Source: an uncultured Clostridia bacterium | Lineage (GTDB): Bacteria > Bacillota > Clostridia > Christensenellales > CAG-314 | Direction: 5' to 3' | Assembly: GCA_947570215.1 (NCBI GenBank) | Contig: CANOTO010000001.1 | Coordinates: 164,104 to 228,103, forward strand | DNA: 64,000 bases | Part shown: one piece after another, positions 34,034-44,600 of the stretch | How the letters are laid out: every line of letters starts with the position of its first letter | Position numbering within the stretch: the stretch's first letter is position 1 | Position numbers and translations under genes: made by a program | Notes under the pieces: generated by a model | Databases searched by the model: none | Seen by the model: only the letters and a program-made list of their open reading frames with translations | What the model was told of the DNA's origin: nothing

Positions 34034-34207
34034 TTCTATTTCTCCTTCATATTTTTTGAGTTTATTTTTGCGGTTTTTTAGCAAAAACAATATTGCATTT
34101 TTTATTGCATAGGTATTTTATCACAAGTAAACCTTTTAGGCAACTTTTTAACTTAACTATTGCAATAGTTTTTGTTTATAATCCAATAAGTTTTTTATAA
34201 TCAGTTA

Positions 34208-35644
34208 CTAATAGGCGCGCGCAACCAACGCAACTGACAAATTGTCTCCCTTGCGTCCGCAAGCCGTGCACACGTCTTGGAAAGGTTCTTCGTCCAGCAT
34301 AACGCGCACGGTCGCTTGGAACTTTTCCTTGAACAACGCTTCGCAGGCGGGGTCCCTGTCCCATACTACCTTTGCAAAACATTTATCGTCGAGAATTTTG
34401 CCCAGTTCCTGCATATTATGCGCCAGCTTTACGTGACTGTCGCGGAAGGCGAGCGACTTGGAGTACATGTTAGATTGAATTTCGTCAAGCAGCGAGGCTA
34501 TACCTTCCGCTATGCCGCCGATGGGCATTGTCGCTTTGTCGCAGGTGTCCCTGCGGGCATAGGTTACGACGCCCTGTTCGATATCTCTGGGGCCCACTTC
34601 GATACGCACCGGAACGCCCTTCATTTCCCACTCGTTGAACTTCCACCCCGGCGACTGATCGCGCGCGTCAAGCTCTACGCGGATTCCCTTTGCCCGCAGA
34701 CATTCGGCAAGCTCCGAAGCCTTGTCCAATACGCCCGCTTTGTGCGCCGCAACGGGGATAACCACCGCTTGAACGGGCGCGACTTTCGGCGGAAGAACAA
34801 GTCCGCGTTGATCGCCGTGCGCCATAATTACAGCTCCGATAAGGCGAGTTGATACTCCCCAACTGGACTGCCAAACGTATTTGTGAGTGCTGTCCTTATC
34901 AAGAAACTGAATGCCGTATGCGCGGGAAAAATTCTGCCCGAAGTGATGGGTCGTACCCGCTTGCAGGCTCTTGCCGTCCAGCATCATGGCTTCCATTCCG
35001 TACGTAGCTTCAGCGCCGGCGAACTTCTCCTTTTCGCTCTTTTGTCCTATAAAAGTAGGCATAGCAAGAACGTCGCGAGCAAAGTCGCTGTACAAATGAA
35101 GCATATCGATAGTTTCCGCAAGCGACTCTTCGCGCGTAGCGTGTATCGTGTGACCTTCCTGCCACAGAAACTCGCTTGTCCTAAGGAAAGGACGCGTGGT
35201 CTTTTCCCACCGAATTACGTTGGCCCATTGATTGAGTTTTAAGGGTAAATCGCGATAGCTGTTTATCCATTTGGAGTACATTGTGCTGAATATCGTCTCG
35301 CTGGTAGGACGGACAACGCACGGCTCGGCAAGCTTTTCGCCGCCCGCTTCCGTAACAAGCGCCACTTCGGGCGCGAAACCTTCGACGTGCTCCGCTTCCT
35401 TATCCAACAGGCTCTTGGGGATAAGCAACGGAAAATACGCATTTTGATGCCCCGTCGCCTTGAAGCGCGCGTCAAGCTCTTTTTGAATATTTTCCCATAT
35501 GGCGTATCCGTACGGACGGATAACCATCGTGCCCTTGACGGGACCGTAATCTACAAGCTGAGTTTTGAGTACGACGTCTGTGTACCATTGGGGAAAATCT
35601 GCGTTTATATCGGCAATTTCTTTTACAAATTGTTTGTCCGCCAT
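34208..35644 (-). CDS. proS: Prolyl-tRNA synthetase (archaeal/eukaryote-like short form)
   Basis: 478 aa. N-terminus FPQWYTDVVLKTQLVDYGPVKGTMVIRPYGYAIWE and class II motifs. C-terminal Cys-containing domain. Confidence 0.9.
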   Translation of the reverse strand: MADKQFVKEIADINADFPQWYTDVVLKTQLVDYGPVKGTMVIRPYGYAIWENIQKELDARFKATGHQNAYFPLLIPKSLLDKEAEHVEGFAPEVALVTEAGGEKLAEPCVVRPTSETIFSTMYSKWINSYRDLPLKLNQWANVIRWEKTTRPFLRTSEFLWQEGHTIHATREESLAETIDMLHLYSDFARDVLAMPTFIGQKSEKEKFAGAEATYGMEAMMLDGKSLQAGTTHHFGQNFSRAYGIQFLDKDSTHKYVWQSSWGVSTRLIGAVIMAHGDQRGLVLPPKVAPVQAVVIPVAAHKAGVLDKASELAECLRAKGIRVELDARDQSPGWKFNEWEMKGVPVRIEVGPRDIEQGVVTYARRDTCDKATMPIGGIAEGIASLLDEIQSNMYSKSLAFRDSHVKLAHNMQELGKILDDKCFAKVVWDRDPACEALFKEKFQATVRVMLDEEPFQDVCTACGRKGDNLSVALVARAY

Positions 35645-35700
35645 ATAATTAACTCCTTAGTTCGTTACACCGCGCAAAACGGCGAATATTAAGCCTAATC

Positions 35701-35729
35701 AGTATAATTCAATATAGTATATTTGTCAA
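35701..35729 (-). promoter_or_regulatory. Sigma-A-type promoter of proS
   Basis: Minus strand: TTGACA, 17 nt, TATACT, about 50 nt upstream of the ATG. Confidence 0.5.
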
Positions 35730-35885
35730 TTTCGCGAGATAAAATAATGCGATTTTTGTTGCGCGCGAATGGTTGTAATACGCGCCGCGCCGTTACAAGC
35801 TCCGCGGCGTTCGCCTTGCAATCTATGCTTGGCTGAAAATACAATAACTTATTACGGAAAGAGGATGTTTAACAAAATATAAAAA

Positions 35886-35912
35886 CAAGCCTTGGCGATA
35901 TGCCAAGGCTTG
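35886..35912 (-). terminator. Rho-independent terminator
   Basis: caagccttggc-gatat-gccaaggcttg, followed by ttttt on the minus strand. Confidence 0.7.
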
Positions 35913-35926
35913 CGTAAAGGTCACAA

Positions 35927-37348
35927 TCAGTCTTCGTCGGCCACAAGAGTCAATATTACCGAGTCGGAATTGGTTTTTTCCGCCGTATCGAACTTGACTA
36001 CGGATACCGAACCGCTGGACAGAGTTATAACATAATTATGCGTGTCGTCCGCCTTGATAATCTTGGGAACGGACCAACCCGAAGCGGAAGCAAGGCTTCT
36101 TGCATACGGAACGGGCTCCGCGTTCTCCGCGGCAAGGTCAAGCGTGTACGCAATGTTATCTCTCGTAAAATACAGCGTATCGCCGATAAGCTTGTTAAAC
36201 GTAATAGCCTTGTCCGAACCCAAAGCAGTCGGATCCAAAATTACGGTATTCTTATCGGTTTTGTAAATGCCGTACAACGTCTTTTCCAATATCTTTTCCG
36301 TAGCGGTAAAGATAATCGTATCCTTATAGCCGTAGTAGGTTGTAGGAGTTTCAGTACTCAAAGCCACGTTTGCGGTGGGCTCCGTATTTGCTTCGGAAGC
36401 GAAATACAGCGCCTTGTTGCCTATGTCGGAATTATCGGAGTCGCTCATCGTGTAGTATACAGTTCCGTCGTTGACAGAAGTAATCGTATACGTAATAGTA
36501 GATTTATCTTCGCCTTCTTCTACGGAGTTATCCACGATAACCAGCTTGTCCGTCGCACTTGCGGCAAGCTTGCAAATAGAACCGTCTTCGTCCGTAAAGA
36601 ACACCGCCTTGCCCGCAATGTCGAACTTGGCGTTGGAAATCTTCTTGACTTCCGCCGTCAATTCGCCGCTTTGCACGTCAAGATTGGCGACGTTGGTGTC
36701 GCTGCCGCTCGCCATTACGAACGTAGCAACAAGCTTACCGTCAATCTCGTTGAGCATAATCTGCGCGGCGTTACTGGTAAATACGTAGTGCTTCTTCATA
36801 TCCGAACCGTTAAGCGCGTAGCTGGTTAATACCGATTGATCCGTTTGCTTGTTACCGCCGGCAGTCAACGCGTCGTTGGGCGTCAAAATGTACAGTCTGT
36901 CGTTAAAAATATAAATACCGTTGAGATCCGTCGTAGTAGTATTGCCGCTGTAATAAAAATTGGGAACTACCACTTCCGCGGTCTTCTTCAATTCTTCGGC
37001 AATCTTTTTGGTTTTGGCGGACGTGGAAGTCAAAGTGGTATCTTCGTAAACTTCGAACAGCTTTTCCATATCGGAAATCTTGATACGGGCAATAGAACCT
37101 ACACGACCGTAGGATTCGGCATAGGTATTTTCCGCCGCGGCCGAGCTTTGATAACCGTTTACGTAATAAAGCCATTCGCCGTATTTTACCGCGTTGCCGC
37201 CGTTACCGTCCGCTTCGACGGTAGCTTTGTCGGGCAGACTGCCCGGCTTGAAAGCATTTTGTTCGCAAGCCGCAAGTAACACGGAAGCAACAAGAACCGT
37301 TACTACGACCAATATCAATGCAATTTTGCTGAAAGTGCGTTTGAACAT
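35927..37348 (-). CDS. Lipoprotein, beta-propeller-like (DUF5050-like) repeat protein
   Basis: 473 aa. Signal/lipobox VLLAAC. Recurrent aromatic motifs (GEWLYYVNGY, LYILTP, VYYTMSD, LYFTRDN) are reminiscent of DUF5050/YWTD-like blades. Pattern recognition only. Confidence 0.45.
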   Translation of the reverse strand: MFKRTFSKIALILVVVTVLVASVLLAACEQNAFKPGSLPDKATVEADGNGGNAVKYGEWLYYVNGYQSSAAAENTYAESYGRVGSIARIKISDMEKLFEVYEDTTLTSTSAKTKKIAEELKKTAEVVVPNFYYSGNTTTTDLNGIYIFNDRLYILTPNDALTAGGNKQTDQSVLTSYALNGSDMKKHYVFTSNAAQIMLNEIDGKLVATFVMASGSDTNVANLDVQSGELTAEVKKISNAKFDIAGKAVFFTDEDGSICKLAASATDKLVIVDNSVEEGEDKSTITYTITSVNDGTVYYTMSDSDNSDIGNKALYFASEANTEPTANVALSTETPTTYYGYKDTIIFTATEKILEKTLYGIYKTDKNTVILDPTALGSDKAITFNKLIGDTLYFTRDNIAYTLDLAAENAEPVPYARSLASASGWSVPKIIKADDTHNYVITLSSGSVSVVKFDTAEKTNSDSVILTLVADED

Positions 37349-37495
37349 TATACTACTCCTTAATGTAGATACTACATAGGTCTTAATTATATATCAAACA
37401 AAGCAAAATTGCAACGGTTTTGGCATATTCTTATCATTCTTGACATCAATTTATACTTTGACACGCCTACAAATACGGGTTTTAAGACCGCTAAG

Positions 37496-38380
37496 TTACA
37501 CGGTTTCGTTCAAAGCGGATATTTGTCCAGTATCTGCATCCTGAAAAAGCATCCAGAACGAAACGGGAGAATTGTCTACGAAAACAAAGTCCTTGTCTTC
37601 GAAGCCGTCGCGTTCGGCAGGCAGTCCGTAGCAGATATACCTTATCTGCCCGTTAGCCTGCAAAACGCCCAGCACGAAATACTTGTCGGACGAAGGAAAG
37701 TCTATTCGGACAAAAAACGAACCCTTGTACTTGCGAATCAACGGATAATAAGGCGGAAACTGCAAAAAAACACGGCTTATTTCTTCCTTGACGGACTGAT
37801 AATACTCCGTATTGGCGCAGGAAGCGTAATAACGCTCGAATGCGTCGCTGTATTCCTTGACGCTTTTGTACCGTTCGTCCGCGCGTGTTTGAAAGCGTTT
37901 GAGCTCCGCGCCTTCAAAGTAGTTGTCCGTAGACGCGACAAACTGCTCGTACGCGGTGGAATTGTTTGTCTGCCCGATTGTATCGAAGCCTTCTATCAAG
38001 CTTTCTTTTTGACGGAATAATACATCGCAAACCGTACCGTCGCCCACAAACGCGCGAGCGACTTCATAGCATTTGTCTTCCCTTTTTACCAACAGACAAG
38101 CAACGTTGTCCAAGTCTTTTTTGGGAAGAGTAAACGAACAGTTATTGAGCGTGGACAATTGCTTGACAAATCTTTCGCGCCCGAAGCCGAACACAATCCA
38201 CCATTCGCCGAACATGGCGACGTCCGCGTTGGTTACAAACACGTTAACGTCGGTATCCGCAACCGAGTTGTTTACAAGCTTGACCATACCGCACAGCTCC
38301 TTGCCGCGCAGGGCAAAGCGTTTGTCCGTTTGCTGCAATATCAAAATACGTTTACAATACATAAGCCTGCTCCTAAGCAT
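37496..38380 (-). CDS. Hypothetical cytoplasmic protein
   Basis: 294-aa ORF with coding-like composition and no TM segment. No motif recognised. The start may be at M7. Confidence 0.5.
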   Translation of the reverse strand: MLRSRLMYCKRILILQQTDKRFALRGKELCGMVKLVNNSVADTDVNVFVTNADVAMFGEWWIVFGFGRERFVKQLSTLNNCSFTLPKKDLDNVACLLVKREDKCYEVARAFVGDGTVCDVLFRQKESLIEGFDTIGQTNNSTAYEQFVASTDNYFEGAELKRFQTRADERYKSVKEYSDAFERYYASCANTEYYQSVKEEISRVFLQFPPYYPLIRKYKGSFFVRIDFPSSDKYFVLGVLQANGQIRYICYGLPAERDGFEDKDFVFVDNSPVSFWMLFQDADTGQISALNETV

Positions 38381-38466
38381 ACTTTACAATATACTAAACC
38401 GCAGGCGCGCCGAATATACCGAAACTTATGACGAAAAAACGCTTGTATTGTATAAAAACATTAAAA

Positions 38467-38496
38467 AACTTCCGCGTTTGTATCTGCGCGGAAGTT
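38467..38496 (-). terminator. Rho-independent terminator after the GH13-HAD pair
   Basis: aacttccgcg-N10-cgcggaagtt, then tttttt on the minus strand. Confidence 0.65.
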
Positions 38497-38523
38497 ATTT
38501 AGCGTTATATCGTATTACAAATG

Positions 38524-39372
38524 CTATTTATCCTTCATGACGGACTTATAGGACTGCTCGGACAGACTGGCAAAGTGCAGCTTTGCGCTTATTTTATCCA
38601 AAACCGCCTTCAATGCCGTATCTATCTCGCCGCCGTCGGTATAATCGCATTTGAGATAGAAGTCAACGCGTTCTTGGTCGACGAGATAGGACGCGTCGGA
38701 CGGCTTTTTGTATACTCCTATCGCGTAGCCGCCGCGCTGACGGACAAGCTTCATACTGGGTACGTCCGTAAGACCGTCGCCGATATATACCATTTGGTCG
38801 AAAGGTACAACGCGTTCGTTACGGGGCATATACATATTGAGCTTGGTATGCTCGCCCACGTCTTCCACGCCCTTGTTGATGCGGTAAAGAAACTGCGTTT
38901 TACTGGTATAGTTGATTGCGATACTGGGCCAGAGCGGTTCGCAGTTGTCGTCGTACAAATAATCGCAGGCAAACACATTGTAGAATTCGTCAGCCACACC
39001 GCAGCCTTCTATCATTGACTTTAAGCCGCAGGAAAGAATATAATGCCGCACTTCCAAGCCTAATTTGCCGCCGTATGCGTTTATACGAGAGAACCATTCC
39101 TTAACGCCGTCGAAAAACTTCACGTCTCGTCCCATAGCCCTTAGCGCTTCGGGAGACAGACTGATATGTTTTTCGCGCGCTTTGGACGCCATAAGGTACA
39201 TATACGCCAAAATATGATCCATTTCGTACTTGTGCGCCAATTCGTCGCTTTTTTGCCAAAATTCGTCCGCCGTCATGCCGAGCGCGGGAATAAAGGTAAA
39301 CTCCTGCATATCGCGCGTGGACAATGTGTTATCGAAGTCGTAAATAAGAGCTACAATAGGTTTGTTATGCAT
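38524..39372 (-). CDS. HAD-superfamily hydrolase/phosphatase
   Basis: Start moved to ATG 39372 (MHNKPIVALIYDFDNTL) behind GGAGA. It lies 2 nt after the GH13 stop. DxDxT motif and late GDGLTDVP motif. Confidence 0.75.
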   Translation of the reverse strand: MHNKPIVALIYDFDNTLSTRDMQEFTFIPALGMTADEFWQKSDELAHKYEMDHILAYMYLMASKAREKHISLSPEALRAMGRDVKFFDGVKEWFSRINAYGGKLGLEVRHYILSCGLKSMIEGCGVADEFYNVFACDYLYDDNCEPLWPSIAINYTSKTQFLYRINKGVEDVGEHTKLNMYMPRNERVVPFDQMVYIGDGLTDVPSMKLVRQRGGYAIGVYKKPSDASYLVDQERVDFYLKCDYTDGGEIDTALKAVLDKISAKLHFASLSEQSYKSVMKDK

Positions 39373-39374
39373 AA

Positions 39375-40931
39375 TTATCTCCTGTTTAATCGGAATATTA
39401 CCGCCGTTTGCGGTTTGAGCAACGTCTCGCCGTCCTTCGGCAAATAATCGCCCACCGTGAACAACGCGCCGTTTATAGCGTAAGGCAAGCTGCGTTCTTC
39501 GTCCGTGGGGTTGAATGCGACGGCCATGTCGGCTCCGCGAACATAACACAGCACGCCGTCGTCGGAGCAGTAAATAACGTCCAACTCCGCGTCCGCTTGA
39601 AGCTCGTCGTTTTCCGCGCGGAGCTTATTCAGAGCCTTGACGATATTAAGTATCGAAGACGGGTCGGTAAGCTGACGTGATACGCAAGGCGCGTCGGCGC
39701 TGCGGTCGACGTCGAGATACAGCTTGTCGCGGCAGGCGTCGGAAAACCCTAAATTTGCAGCCTTGTCGTCCCATTGCATAGGCGTACGCGAACCGGTACG
39801 CTGAAAGCCGCCTTCCTTGGAAGTTTGCGACAGGTAACGCATACCTATCTCGTCGCCGTAGTAGGTAAACGGCACTCCCGGCAAGGTTAACAGCATTGTA
39901 AAGTACAGCTTTACGCCACGTTCGTCAAGAGCGTTGGACAAACGAATTTCGTCGTGGTTGCCGCTGATAACAGACACGTAACCGTTATCTTTGGTTTGAC
40001 AAAGCTCGTCCAAATATATGCGCATAGTTTCCTTTGCGGATACGTGCGCCGTTTTGCAAAAATAACTGTTGTTGACTCCGTCCTTAACGTTGCGCGTTGC
40101 GTTGTAAACAAGTTTGCCGTGATGGTCGAGAACGAAATCGCAATGAAAGCCCGCCATATTGATAGCGCGCGGAGCGTTACACCACTCGGATACAAGCATC
40201 GCTTCGGGATATTCTCCGTCGAGCATGGCGCGCGCTCTGCGCCACAGCGACGCAGTCGCCGACTTGTCGTCGTCGTTTTTTACAAGACTGTCCGCCATAT
40301 CCACGCGGAAGCCGTCGCAACCCCTGTCTAACCAAAAGCGCATAACGTTAAGCATTTCGTCGAAGGTTGCCCGAACGCGTTCGTCGGTGTAGCTTATTTG
40401 CCATTCGGGATGTGTTATCGCGTTAAAGCCGTAATTTAACGCCGGCTGACACAGAAAGAAATTGAGCATATAACAGCCGTCGCGGTCGGCGTTGCCTGCT
40501 ACCAACGGATAGCCCTGCGGTCTATTCCAAACGCAGTCCGTCCATATGTAACGGTCGGTATATTTGTTATGCTCGGGCAAACAGCTTTGCTTGAACCATT
40601 CGCATTCGTCCGACGTATGTCCCGGAACAAGGTCGAGTATAACACGCATTCCGCGGAAGTGCGCTTCGTCGAACAAACGGTATAAGTCTTCGTTAGTACC
40701 GTAACGCGGCGCGACCTTGTAGTAATCCGCCACGTCGTATCCCGCATCCATAAAGGGCGACAGATAGCACGGATTAAGCCACAGCGCATTGAAGCCCAAT
40801 TCCTTGATATAATCCAATTTGCTTATTATTCCGTTGAAATCGCCTATTCCATCGCCGTCGGAATCGCAAAAGCTTTGCGGATAAATTTCGTAAAAATTAG
40901 CGGTTTTGAGCCAAGACGGCATTTTTTTCAT
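39375..40931 (-). CDS. GH13 alpha-glucosidase / oligo-1,6-glucosidase-like glycoside hydrolase
   Basis: 518 aa. FYEIYPQSFCDSDGDGIGDFNGI, DLVPGHTS, GFRVDMA and later GNHDE-type regions are typical of GH13 subfamilies acting on alpha-glucosides. Confidence 0.85.
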   Translation of the reverse strand: MKKMPSWLKTANFYEIYPQSFCDSDGDGIGDFNGIISKLDYIKELGFNALWLNPCYLSPFMDAGYDVADYYKVAPRYGTNEDLYRLFDEAHFRGMRVILDLVPGHTSDECEWFKQSCLPEHNKYTDRYIWTDCVWNRPQGYPLVAGNADRDGCYMLNFFLCQPALNYGFNAITHPEWQISYTDERVRATFDEMLNVMRFWLDRGCDGFRVDMADSLVKNDDDKSATASLWRRARAMLDGEYPEAMLVSEWCNAPRAINMAGFHCDFVLDHHGKLVYNATRNVKDGVNNSYFCKTAHVSAKETMRIYLDELCQTKDNGYVSVISGNHDEIRLSNALDERGVKLYFTMLLTLPGVPFTYYGDEIGMRYLSQTSKEGGFQRTGSRTPMQWDDKAANLGFSDACRDKLYLDVDRSADAPCVSRQLTDPSSILNIVKALNKLRAENDELQADAELDVIYCSDDGVLCYVRGADMAVAFNPTDEERSLPYAINGALFTVGDYLPKDGETLLKPQTAVIFRLNRR

Positions 40932-41045
40932 AATGTTTTTCCTTGAATAAAATGATAATATATTAACTCTTGCCTAACAATTATACAATATTTTTAAGCC
41001 GTTTTCAACACGTTTTTTAATTTTGCGCGGAATATTTACGCCAAT

Positions 41046-41549
41046 TTATCCTATAAGCGGGAAATTCGCAAGCAGTTTAGTAGGAAAAAATTCACCGATT
41101 AACAACGACGTTACCGTAACGGCAAAAGGCTGAGCCAATCTGCCGAGTACCGATTCGGCGCTTTCGACCGACTTTTCGTCGCCGCAAAACATCGTGACGT
41201 GCGGAACAAACGGCATTCCGTCGAAAAAGTTGCCGTCGAACAACTTGTGCAGACCGTATATTTCGTCGCTGTATAACGGCTGCAAATATAAAACTTTTTT
41301 ATCGAAATCCGCATAACGCGACAGCTCCAACGTAAAAGGCTTGCAAACGCTTGCAGTTTGCCGAAGCTTTTTCGTCAAACGCATTTGTTCGCTTACGGGA
41401 AAACTGCCCAACGACACGTGAAACGGCACATCCGTAGTATGACTGCCGACAAGCCCGACGTCCGTCAATTTGTTTTGCAAAGCACCAAGCACGTACTGCG
41501 CTCGATCGTCCAAGACCGCCATTACGGTTAAAAACTTGTCGCGTTTCAT
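41046..41549 (-). CDS. 2H phosphoesterase (LigT / 2'-5' RNA ligase-like) family protein
   Basis: Start set at MKRDKFLTVMAV (167 aa). Two HxS/T motifs: PFHVSLG and PHVTMF. Confidence 0.65.
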   Translation of the reverse strand: MKRDKFLTVMAVLDDRAQYVLGALQNKLTDVGLVGSHTTDVPFHVSLGSFPVSEQMRLTKKLRQTASVCKPFTLELSRYADFDKKVLYLQPLYSDEIYGLHKLFDGNFFDGMPFVPHVTMFCGDEKSVESAESVLGRLAQPFAVTVTSLLIGEFFPTKLLANFPLIG

Positions 41550-41599
41550 TTTTTTACCCCTGCAAACCGCAAAAATAATTGTTCGACGAATAAGTAAAA

Positions 41600-41628
41600 G
41601 ATATGCCAACCGCGCAGGTTGACATATC
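41600..41628 (-). terminator. Terminator-like hairpin after the RND gene
   Basis: gatatgccaacc-gcgca-ggttgacatatc (one mismatch), then ttttactt on the minus strand. Confidence 0.5.
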
Positions 41629-41647
41629 AATAATATATTATATAACG

Positions 41648-44600
41648 CTATTCGTCAACGTTTTCGTCAAAATCGGCAATTTGGTCGTCCTCCGCTTGAA
41701 CAGTCGTTGGTTCGTCCGAAACGTTTGCCGACTCGTCAGCCGTATTTACCGCAATTGCTTCTGAGCCGGATACTGACTCGCAGGACACGTCGCTGCCGTC
41801 CGCAGACGCTTTGACCGCAGACGTAAACTTGATACGCTTTACTATGCAGTAAAAGCACGGAATAAGCGCAAGCGTTACTAACGTTCCGAGGAGCAATCCG
41901 CCTACCACTACGATACCCATTGGCTGCATAAATTCGCTGCCGCGTCCTATTCCTATAGCAAGCGGCACAAGAGCTAAAATAGTTGTAAGCGTAGTCATAA
42001 GTATGGGACGCAAACGCGATTTGCAGCCCTGTATTACCGCCTGCTGCGCGGGCACGCCTTGCTTCGTTAACAACTCTATCTTGTCTATCATAACGATTGC
42101 GCCGTTTACTATAACGCCCATCAACATTATTATCCCCACAAAGGACACCACGTTCAAGGTCGTACCCGTTATTACCAGCGCAAGGAAGCCGCCCGTAAAG
42201 CTGAACGGTATAGACATTATTACTACGAAGGGCTTGATAAGAGATTCGAACTGGCACGCCATTACTCCGTAAAGCAGCAGGAACGCCGCGATTAAGGATA
42301 TAACAAGCCCGTTCATTGCGTCGGTAAGATAATAAGATACGCCGCCTTCTTCGTACCGAACGGAAGGATAGGACTCCAATGCTTTAACAGCAACGTTTTT
42401 CATCGCCTTGGTAACAGTTCCCATATCCACGCCGTAGCTTTCCACGTCAACGGTGGTTACAAACTTGCCGTCCTTGCGGTTTACCACCGTCACGACGGAA
42501 TCGATTTCGTACAATTCGCCGTTATCACGCTTTTTCAAAACGTCGCAGATTTTTACCGCGCCGTCGTTATCGAAGCCGACGATTACGTCCAACAGGGCGT
42601 TGAGATTATCCTTGGTTTCGTTTTTGAAGCCTACGTTGACCGACTGGTTGTTCCCGTCGATGCTGAGATTGGCCGCGTCGTAGCCGGACATCCCCACGCG
42701 CAGGAGCAACACCGCGTTTTGATAATCCACGCCTCTGCGTGCGCACTTGTCCTTGTCGAAGACAAAAGAATACTGCTTGGTTTCATTCGGCGTATTGTTG
42801 GTGACGTTCTGTACGCCCTTTATCGTCCAAAGCTGCTTTTCTACTTCGGAAGCGGCTTTTATCAGGTCGTCCATATTGTCCGACATAAGCGTTACCGCCT
42901 GCCCCGCCATTTCGCCCGTAAGCTCGGCCACCACGCCGTCGATTTCCGATACGGAAACATTTTTTGCCAAATTCAAATCCGCAAGCAATCCGCGCACCTC
43001 GTTAACGGTTTGATTTGTTTTAAGCCGTTTGGTATCTATATGAACGCGCGCAACGCCCGTAATATTAATAGGGAGCATACCCTGCTTGCCTACCGTATAG
43101 GAAGTATACAGTATTTTGTCGCCGTATTCGGCGCGAACGGCGGAAACGGCTTGCTTTGTAGCTTCGTTAACTTCGTCGAGAGTCGCCGAACCGTCGAAAC
43201 GCAAATTTATTTCCAATATTCCCTTATCTACGCTCGGAATAAAGTCCATTCCCGTAGTGAATACCAGTCCTACGCTGCCTGCAAACAGCACCAATGCGAT
43301 TACGCACACCCAAACGCGTTTGGTTAAAACCTTTCCGAGCAAATTGCCGTAGCCGTTCTCCATACGCGTCAAAACGCCGCGCTTACGTTCCGCCTTGTCT
43401 GCGGAGCGCTGTTTTCTTTGTTTTTTGTTACGCTTTTTTTTGCGTTTGCCGTCTGTAATTTCGGCGGTTACTACCGCTGCAGATGCGCCACCCGAATTTG
43501 CTACGGACTTTTCCGCCATTGCGGACGCTTCGTCGTACAGCGGCTCGATTGTACCGCGCGGTTCACAATCTTCGAAAGTGCCGACAAGCACCTTGTTTCC
43601 GTTTTTATCCTTACGGTAACGCGGACGCGGACTGCGATTATAAACCAAATGATACAAAGAAGGGATAACGGTAACAGACACTACCAATGACATCAGTATA
43701 GAGAACATTACCGCCCACACAAGGTCGTAAAATATTTCGCGTGTTAAGCCCTTGGCAAAAAGAATCGGGAAAAATACGCAGATATTGGTAAGCGTGGACG
43801 CTAAAAGCGAGCCTGCTACTTCGCGCGTGCCGTTTAGACAGCTGTCATACACCGATTCGCCCGCATCGCGTCGCTTGGTTATGCTCTCCAATACCACTAT
43901 GCTGTTATCCACCAGCATACCTATTCCCACGGCAAGCCCGCCCAAGGAAACAAGGTTAAGAGATATATTCATAGCCCACAAGCCTATCAATGCCACCAAT
44001 ACCGATAACGGCATTGTAATAGACACTACCAACGACGAACGGATTTTGCCCACGAACAGATAAATGACCAATATCGCCAGCACGCCGCCGATGATTATGG
44101 ACGACAGCACATTGGAAATACTGTCGTTTATAAATTCCGCCTTGTCGTCAAGCAAAACGACTGCGGACGTAACGTCTACGTCGGCGATAGCTTTTTTTAC
44201 CGCAGTTACCACCTTTGTGGTGTTGGCGTCGGCAACGGCGTAAACTTCCAGTGTAACCGCAAGCTTACCGTTGTACTGCGAATACGCCTGATAAGTAGTA
44301 ATTTGCTCTATGTCCCCCACATAAGCAGCGGGGACTATTATTTTAGTAGCGCCATCGTCTATTTCCGTCTTGCGAATAAATCCGATAGTATCCAACGTCG
44401 GCATAATGCCGAGGTCGAAGTCGCCCAAGTCGAGTTCGTTGTATAAATCCAACAGCTCTTCGTCGGCAAAAACTATATAACCGCCGTAGCTGTAATAATT
44501 AGTCATAATCTCGTCGTCGGAGAGCGTGAGAACATTACCGTCGGCACCAACAAGCCGTTTATCTCCGTTTATTACGCGTCCGAAATTGTTTATTCGGTAT

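Noticed and set aside
35645-35926. Possible T-box leader upstream of proS
   Set aside because: I read the minus strand for the T-box sequence (GGUGGUACCGCG-like), a specifier loop and a terminator/antiterminator and found none. A good promoter sits only ~50 nt from the ATG. The upstream GC-rich stretch shows only short hairpins.
39373-39549. 59-codon N-terminal extension of the HAD ORF overlapping the GH13 gene end
   Set aside because: The extension is Arg/Gly-rich and overlaps the GH13 C-terminus. ATG 39372 has a GGAGA RBS and yields the canonical N-terminal DxDxT motif position.
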